DNA from: an uncultured Alphaproteobacteria bacterium
Lineage (GTDB): Bacteria > Pseudomonadota > Alphaproteobacteria > Methylaequorales > Methylaequoraceae
Direction of reading: 5' to 3'
Length of the DNA stretch: 64,000 bases
Assembly (NCBI GenBank): GCA_902522465.1
Contig: CABYVV010000002.1
Span: 1,764 to 65,763 of the forward strand
Part shown: positions 58,463 through 64,000 of the stretch, piece after piece
Numbering within the stretch: position 1 is the stretch's first letter
Layout of the letters: each line of letters opens with the position of its first letter
Program-made: the position numbers and the translations under genes
The notes under the pieces: model-generated
What the model was told of the DNA's origin: nothing
Seen by the model: the letters and a program-made list of their open reading frames with translations, nothing else
Database searches by the model: none

Positions 58463-60367
58463 ATGGACAAAATAAATTATAATCAAGAATCTCTAATAAA
58501 TAATTTGGAAGAAAAAAAATTTAAATTTAGAGAATTAAATTTTAAAAAAAAAAAAGATACTCTTTCATATCTTTTATTTGATTATCTTTCAAAAATTGGA
58601 ACAAAAGCTGTTTTTCTTGTTCCTGGAGGTGGAAATATGTTTCTTGTTGATGCAGTAGGAAGACATCCAGATATAAAATGTATTTGCACTCATAATGAAC
58701 AATCTGCTGTAATTGCTGCAGAAGCATATTCAAGACTCAATAAAGGGATAGGGGTTGCATTAGTAACAACTGGTCCAGGTGCTACCAATTCAGTAACAGG
58801 TATAGCAGGTTCATGGATTGATTCTATTCCTCTTTTAGTCATTTCGGGGCAGGTTAAAACTGATGATATTAATTTTGAAAAAAAACTGAGGCAAAAAGGT
58901 CCACAAGAAGTTGACATAGTTTCGATGGTTAAAGGTATAACCAAACATTCTGAAACAATTACAGATCACAAGAATTTTCTAAAAAAACTTAGCAAAATTA
59001 TAAATCTCTCAAAAAATGGAAGGCCAGGACCATGTTTGATAGATATACCTCTAGACATTCAATCTAAAAAGGTCAAGATACCTCTTGACTACAAATCTTT
59101 CCTAGAGAATGAAAAAATTGAAGTTAAAAAACAAATACCGGATGATTTAATTCATAAGATTATAAAATCAAAGAAACCACTTTTTTTGATGGGACATGGT
59201 ATTAAAAGTTCAAAATCAGAAAAATTAGCCATAGAATTGATAAAGCACTCAAATATTCCTGTATGTGTTACCTGGCCAATGATAGACCTTCTAGCATTTA
59301 ATGATCCTCTTTACGTAGGAAGACCTGGAGTAGTTGCAAAACGAAACGCTAATTTAACAATACAAAACTGCGATTTATTAATTAGTATTGGAGCAAGATT
59401 AGATAGAATTGTTACGGCTTTCAATTCAGATAATTTTGCAAAAAATGCAGAAATTTATTGTATTGATATTGACAAGGCTGAACTAAAGAAGCATCCAAAG
59501 AGATTTAATAAATTAAAATTTGATTGTAAATACTTCTTGTCAGATTTATTGATCAAGCTAAAGAATCACAAATATAATAATAACAATACAAAATGGATAA
59601 ATTTTTGTAAAAACCTCAAAACAAAGTATGGCAAAAGTGAATCGAGAAAAAAAAAGAGTATGAGTATTTATAATACTGTAAATTTTTTGTCAAAAATAAT
59701 ACCATCTGATAGTACCATTGTTACAGGAAGTTCTGGTTTATGTATTGAAGTTTTTTACACACATTTTGAAAATAAAAAGAATCAAAAAACATTTCTCACA
59801 ACAGGTTTAGGTTCAATGGGTTATGGATTTCCAGCTTTAGTTGGCGCTAGTTCACAAATTAAAAAAAAATTATTTTTATATGAAGGTGATGGAAGCGCGA
59901 TGATGAACCTTCAAGAGTTACAAACTTTAAAAACAAACAATTGTAAAGCAAAAATTTTTCTCATAAATAATCAAGGTTATGTATCTATAAGAAATACCCA
60001 AAAAAATTATTTTAAAGGAAGATTTATAGGAATTAACAAAAAATCTGGAATGGAGACCTCCTCTATATCAAAAATTGCTAAGGCAATCGGTATCAAATCA
60101 TATGTTATAAAGAAATATTCTGATTTTAATAAAATCAAAGAGACATTAAATAAGGATGAACTTATTATTTATGAAATTTTTGTAAATAAGGACGAAAAAT
60201 TAGTTCCTAAATGTTCAGCATACAAATTGGATAATGGGGCAATGGTTTCATCACCAATAGAGGATATGACACCTTTAATAGAGATTGAGGAATTAAAAAA
60301 ACTTATCCCAGGTCCAATTGATCAGAGATCATATTCAATGAGAGAGGTAAGAAATGAAACAACTTAA
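58463..60367 (+). CDS. Thiamine-diphosphate-dependent enzyme, acetolactate-synthase-large-subunit-like
   Basis: N-terminal PYR domain (LVPGGGNMFLVDA, HNEQSAVIAAEAYSR, TTGPGATNSVTGIA). C-terminal ThDP motif GDG-X24-NN (YEGDGSAMMNLQELQTLKTNNCKAKIFLINNQGY). Confidence 0.8.
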   Translation: MDKINYNQESLINNLEEKKFKFRELNFKKKKDTLSYLLFDYLSKIGTKAVFLVPGGGNMFLVDAVGRHPDIKCICTHNEQSAVIAAEAYSRLNKGIGVALVTTGPGATNSVTGIAGSWIDSIPLLVISGQVKTDDINFEKKLRQKGPQEVDIVSMVKGITKHSETITDHKNFLKKLSKIINLSKNGRPGPCLIDIPLDIQSKKVKIPLDYKSFLENEKIEVKKQIPDDLIHKIIKSKKPLFLMGHGIKSSKSEKLAIELIKHSNIPVCVTWPMIDLLAFNDPLYVGRPGVVAKRNANLTIQNCDLLISIGARLDRIVTAFNSDNFAKNAEIYCIDIDKAELKKHPKRFNKLKFDCKYFLSDLLIKLKNHKYNNNNTKWINFCKNLKTKYGKSESRKKKSMSIYNTVNFLSKIIPSDSTIVTGSSGLCIEVFYTHFENKKNQKTFLTTGLGSMGYGFPALVGASSQIKKKLFLYEGDGSAMMNLQELQTLKTNNCKAKIFLINNQGYVSIRNTQKNYFKGRFIGINKKSGMETSSISKIAKAIGIKSYVIKKYSDFNKIKETLNKDELIIYEIFVNKDEKLVPKCSAYKLDNGAMVSSPIEDMTPLIEIEELKKLIPGPIDQRSYSMREVRNETT

Positions 60368-61253
60368 TCAAAACTTTAATAATCTACCTAAGGATAGAAT
60401 TGCGGAATTTTGTATTTGTTGTGGATCGAAAAAATTAAAAAATAGTCCTGCAGTTTTAATGCCTTTTGTGGCTGAACGAGTCTTCAATTGGAGGCAAATT
60501 AAAATAGATAAAACCTGGGGACTTAAAACAATAAAAAACGGTCAGACATATTCTATATGTAACACGTTATTATGTAATGAATGTAATTTTTTATTTTTAG
60601 ATATTAGATTTTCAGACAGAGAACTTTCAAATCTTTATACTAACTACAGAGGTGTTAAGTATACTAAACTCAGAGAGAAACACGAAAAGGATTATAAAAA
60701 AAGAAATAAAGATTTAATTAAAGGCATAACTTATTTAGACGATGTAGAGAAATTTATTTCGAAAAACATAAAATTACCAGCATCTATATTAGATTGGGGA
60801 GGTGATACTGGAAAAAATACACCTTTTAAAAATCATAGTAAAAAAATTCATATTTATGATTTAGGAAACTCAAACACTGTAAGAGGGACAAAAAAAATAA
60901 GTAAAATAGATTTAAAAAATAGAAAATATGAATTAGTTATATGTAGTAATGTGCTTGAACATGTTTCTTATCCATCTGAGACACTTTTCGATATAAAAAA
61001 ACATATGAGTTTAAAATCATTACTTTATATTGAACTTCCTTATGAAAAACTGATTATGGAAATTGAAGATAAAAAAAAAACATACAAAGATAAGAGACAT
61101 TGGCATGAGCACGTGAATTTTTTTTCAAAAAAATCAATATTAAAATTATTAAAAAAATGTAAACTTAAAATAATTGATTTTAGAAAACTTGATGTGCCTG
61201 AAGGAAATTTCTCACTTATGCAAATTATTTGTAGAAAGGATTTAGACCAATAA
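60354..61253 (+). CDS. SAM-dependent methyltransferase with an N-terminal four-Cys zinc-ribbon
   Basis: CICCGS...CNTLLCNECNF, then ..LSNLYTNY.., then a class I MTase core (ILDWGGDTG, VICSNVLEHV). Overlaps the upstream ThDP gene by 14 nt. Confidence 0.65.
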   Translation: MKQLNQNFNNLPKDRIAEFCICCGSKKLKNSPAVLMPFVAERVFNWRQIKIDKTWGLKTIKNGQTYSICNTLLCNECNFLFLDIRFSDRELSNLYTNYRGVKYTKLREKHEKDYKKRNKDLIKGITYLDDVEKFISKNIKLPASILDWGGDTGKNTPFKNHSKKIHIYDLGNSNTVRGTKKISKIDLKNRKYELVICSNVLEHVSYPSETLFDIKKHMSLKSLLYIELPYEKLIMEIEDKKKTYKDKRHWHEHVNFFSKKSILKLLKKCKLKIIDFRKLDVPEGNFSLMQIICRKDLDQ

Positions 61254-61257
61254 ATCA

Positions 61258-62724
61258 ATGAGACCTCGAAGAATTTATAGGACACCGACAACAGTAGATC
61301 TAGAAATTACAGATATTTGTAATGAAAAATGCGTCTATTGTTTTAATTTTGATAGGGATCTTTCAATGGGATCCCTGAAACTTGATAAAGAAAAAATAGA
61401 TCATTTAGTCAGACAATTTGTAAATTTTGAAGTTTTTCACGTTATATCGTCTGGTGGGGAAGCCTTTGCTAACTTTGAAATGCTATTGTATCTTAATGAA
61501 AAGCTCAAAGAAAATAATATTTCAACTTCAATTAACAGTAATCTTTCCATTAAAGCAAAGAGAATAGAGAGGTTACAAAGATTATTTGACTCCGGATGTG
61601 ATCACATTTTAACAAGTTTACCTTCCTATCTATCTGATGTAACAAATAAGCTAGTTAACAGTAAAAATGCATTTGATAGAATAACAAGTGGAATTGAAGA
61701 TGCTGTGAAAATAGGATTTAGGGTTAGTGCTAATATGGTTGTACATAATTCTAATAAAAATCAAGTTTATTTGACGGCGAAACTTGCCAGTGAATTGGGA
61801 TGTCAGAGAGTTTTTGCTACACGAATTGTTGGTCCTGATTACGAAACTGAGGTAGATTATGATAATACAAATGATGAAAATCCTAATATATTATCAAAAA
61901 AATCAGCATTAGAGTGTTTGGATCAACTTATAAAAGCTAGAGACGAATTTGGAATTGATGTTAGCACTATAGTAAGCTATCCACTTTGTTTGCTCGGTGA
62001 TCTCCAAAGGTATGCAGACTTTGTAGGAAGAGGTTGTCCAACTCAAAGAGGTCATAGATTAAATATCCTGCCTAATGGAGACATTAGATCGTGTGTACAT
62101 CTTTCGTCAGAAAGGTTGGGGAATGTCTTTAATGATGAAATTGATTTATCTGAGCAGTATAAAAAACTTAGAAACTGGCATGATGGATCATTAGCTTTTA
62201 ATGAATGTAGAAAATGTGATTATAAGTATGTATGTAATAGTGGGTGTAGGGTTGACGCTAAGGCTTATTCGGGCAAACTAAATGGAAAAGATCCGTTGAT
62301 GGTTGGTCCGATTATTAACGGAAAGATTCATGGTAAATCACTTAGGAATTTTGTTCCATTTAAAATTACCTACGACAAAAAAACAAGAGAAATTATACAA
62401 ACGAGTGATTTTATAGTTAATGAAGGGGCTAGATTTAGATATGAAGATAATTTTTATTTATGTAGCGTTAAATATGGAAATATAATTGAAATTGATTATG
62501 ATGTTGCAAAATTTCTTATAGAGAAACAAAAGTCAAATCTTTCATTCAATCTAACAGAATTTGGTGAAGCAAGAATTCAAATTATGATTGATTACTTCTG
62601 TAAAGATTTAATTAGAAGTGTTGACAACAAATTGAATGAAATGAGAAATAAAAATTTATTAAAAAAAGGCCTTGGCATTGACCCCAATAATCTTCCAGAA
62701 TATGACCAATTTATTTTTAAGTAA
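61258..62724 (+). CDS. Radical SAM / SPASM-domain enzyme with a ~135-aa C-terminal extension
   Basis: CX3CX2C (ITDICNEKCVYCF) and the full SPASM signature: CX13GX4C (CPTQRGHRLNILPNGDIRSC), then CX2CX5CX3C (CRKCDYKYVCNSGC). Starts 4 nt after the methyltransferase stop. Confidence 0.85.
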   Translation: MRPRRIYRTPTTVDLEITDICNEKCVYCFNFDRDLSMGSLKLDKEKIDHLVRQFVNFEVFHVISSGGEAFANFEMLLYLNEKLKENNISTSINSNLSIKAKRIERLQRLFDSGCDHILTSLPSYLSDVTNKLVNSKNAFDRITSGIEDAVKIGFRVSANMVVHNSNKNQVYLTAKLASELGCQRVFATRIVGPDYETEVDYDNTNDENPNILSKKSALECLDQLIKARDEFGIDVSTIVSYPLCLLGDLQRYADFVGRGCPTQRGHRLNILPNGDIRSCVHLSSERLGNVFNDEIDLSEQYKKLRNWHDGSLAFNECRKCDYKYVCNSGCRVDAKAYSGKLNGKDPLMVGPIINGKIHGKSLRNFVPFKITYDKKTREIIQTSDFIVNEGARFRYEDNFYLCSVKYGNIIEIDYDVAKFLIEKQKSNLSFNLTEFGEARIQIMIDYFCKDLIRSVDNKLNEMRNKNLLKKGLGIDPNNLPEYDQFIFK

Positions 62725-62729
62725 TTTAT

Positions 62730-64000
62730 TTATATAACACCTTTAATTCTAATTGTTGGATCACTTAAGTTCTCAAAAGTTTTTTTATACTTGGAAGATA
62801 CAATTGAGCTTTGAAAAATTTTTGCAGCTTCACTGTAAATACTGTTATCCCAATATTCAAACAAAGGAAAAGGAAAAGTTTTAGGTATTTCTTCCATATA
62901 GAAATTCATAAATTTAAGTGCATTATTTTGTTTAAAATTAGGCAAAGTGAATTTTTTATTTTTAATAAAAAAGTTAATTTTTTTAAAATAATCTGTCGAA
63001 CTTTTTGGATCATATTGAATATTTTTACCCCACGCAGCGCCCTTTCCACCAGAAACTACTGGTTTTTTCTTTACAACCATTTCCCAACCTATGTCTGAAG
63101 AATACACTAAACCTAAATCAGCTATATCTATTAAACCATATGTATTTATTGATGTTTGACTTGGTAGTATAACAAAATTGTCTGCAAGCTTATCAAAATA
63201 ATTATTGATATATCTTTCACATGACATGTTACAATTTGTTAATTTTTCGGCTGGATGAGGTCTAATAATAATATTACAGTTCTTTTTTGGAATTAAAAAT
63301 TCTATTGTTTTTTTTAACCAATCAAAATGAGATTGGAATAAGTAATTTGTTTTTCTAGTTAGAACAGTTGTATCAAATGAGAGATTAGTAAGAATTAAGA
63401 TTGTGTAGGAGTCTTTTTTTAGAAATAATTTTTTATAAATTATTTCTTTTTTTAGGGGATCTTCGGAGTGAAAATTTAAGAAGACATTTTTTTTATAAAA
63501 TTTCTTTTTTGAAACTCTATCAATCGTAAAATAAGATTTACGAATTTTATTGTTTCTCATTCTCTTCCAAGCTTCATCAATATTTAAATTATTAAAAGGA
63601 GTATTTTTTGAAATTATAATACTGTTTTTGTCATTCCTGTATCCGTAACAAGTTATAGTTTTATTTAGTTCCTTAAGAATTGAAAATGCCACGCCGTATT
63701 CTGCCCATGATCCACTATCAATTATATGATTATCAAATCTATTTCTTTTGATAAATGATTTAAATTTAACAGCAAAATTCAAATTTCTTTTTTGAATTTT
63801 CTCAAATATCTTTTTATTTTTGTTATTTTTTTCATAAAGAGGATTTTTCAGAATTCTCTGAATATCCTCTTCAGTCTGACGATAAATTTCCTTTTTTAAT
63901 TTTACAGAAATATATAGATTCTTGTCAGTAAAATCTTTTTTGTATTCAACATTAATTTCATTATTCTTTATAACTTTGAGTAATGATGAAAACGTTCTTT
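62730..64000 (-). CDS. Capsule-biosynthesis (KpsC/KpsS-like, PF05159-type) putative glycosyltransferase, 5' end outside the window
   Basis: I hand-translated the frame and it stays open from the track's TTG (63782) to the window edge (..RTFSSLLKVIKNNEINVEYKK..KIQKRNLNFAVKF..), so the CDS is partial. Motifs TILILTNLSFDTTVL, IIRPHPAEK and LVYSSDIGWEMVVKKKPVV resemble KpsC/S-type enzymes by eye. Confidence 0.5.
   Translation of the reverse strand, partial: RTFSSLLKVIKNNEINVEYKKDFTDKNLYISVKLKKEIYRQTEEDIQRILKNPLYEKNNKNKKIFEKIQKRNLNFAVKFKSFIKRNRFDNHIIDSGSWAEYGVAFSILKELNKTITCYGYRNDKNSIIISKNTPFNNLNIDEAWKRMRNNKIRKSYFTIDRVSKKKFYKKNVFLNFHSEDPLKKEIIYKKLFLKKDSYTILILTNLSFDTTVLTRKTNYLFQSHFDWLKKTIEFLIPKKNCNIIIRPHPAEKLTNCNMSCERYINNYFDKLADNFVILPSQTSINTYGLIDIADLGLVYSSDIGWEMVVKKKPVVSGGKGAAWGKNIQYDPKSSTDYFKKINFFIKNKKFTLPNFKQNNALKFMNFYMEEIPKTFPFPLFEYWDNSIYSEAAKIFQSSIVSSKYKKTFENLSDPTIRIKGVI

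Noticed and set aside
1-64000. CRISPR arrays, IS elements or transposases, prophage genes, toxin-antitoxin pairs, rRNA genes, and recognisable defence systems.
   Set aside because: Reading the ORF set and the few non-coding gaps, I found no repeat-spacer periodicity, no transposase/integrase/recombinase-like ORF other than recA, and no nuclease/ATPase defence-type gene pairs. Exact long-repeat detection would need a computational self-alignment, which I cannot run.

Overview
This is a very AT-rich (about 30% GC by eye) and extremely gene-dense chromosomal fragment. Most intergenic gaps are under 60 nt and many genes overlap by 4-26 nt. Content and architecture fit a streamlined marine alphaproteobacterium of the SAR11/Pelagibacterales type. 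That assignment is inference, based on a PopZ/DUF2497 homologue, a GAAC-N7-GAAC SOS box at recA, a Cys-poor DksA, a eukaryote-type NADP-IDH and a formate-oxidation module.

nt 1-53,031 is core housekeeping:
- gor (5' partial), class II DAHP synthase, nadE, gltX, cimA, rpsD
- a map-purBCSQL-bolA-grxD string
- tRNA-Leu(UAA)
- a contiguous seven-gene queuosine cluster (queG, queCED, queF-tgt-queA)
- argE, nadK
- a molybdenum-cofactor and NAD-formate-dehydrogenase module (moaA, fdhD, mobA, OFA-type MFS transporter, fdsA, fused fdsGB)
- gmhB, dksA, recA, alaS, icd, psd-pssA, an RND pump, ppx, rlmE, guaBA

nt 53,046-64,000, immediately after guaA, looks like a lower-GC flexible surface-glycan island. 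It holds methyltransferases, a TPR plus GT9-like transferase, and CDP-glucose synthase/4,6-dehydratase. It also holds an atypical SDR, an acetolactate-synthase-like ThDP enzyme, a Zn-ribbon methyltransferase, a radical-SAM/SPASM enzyme with an unexplained C-terminal domain, and a KpsC/S-like transferase that runs off the window.

The rfbFG to radical-SAM block is my best candidate for an undescribed system. I read it as a non-canonical route to a branched or methylated CDP-deoxysugar, or possibly a peptide/protein-directed modification. I saw no CRISPR arrays, transposases, integrases, prophage genes or rRNA.
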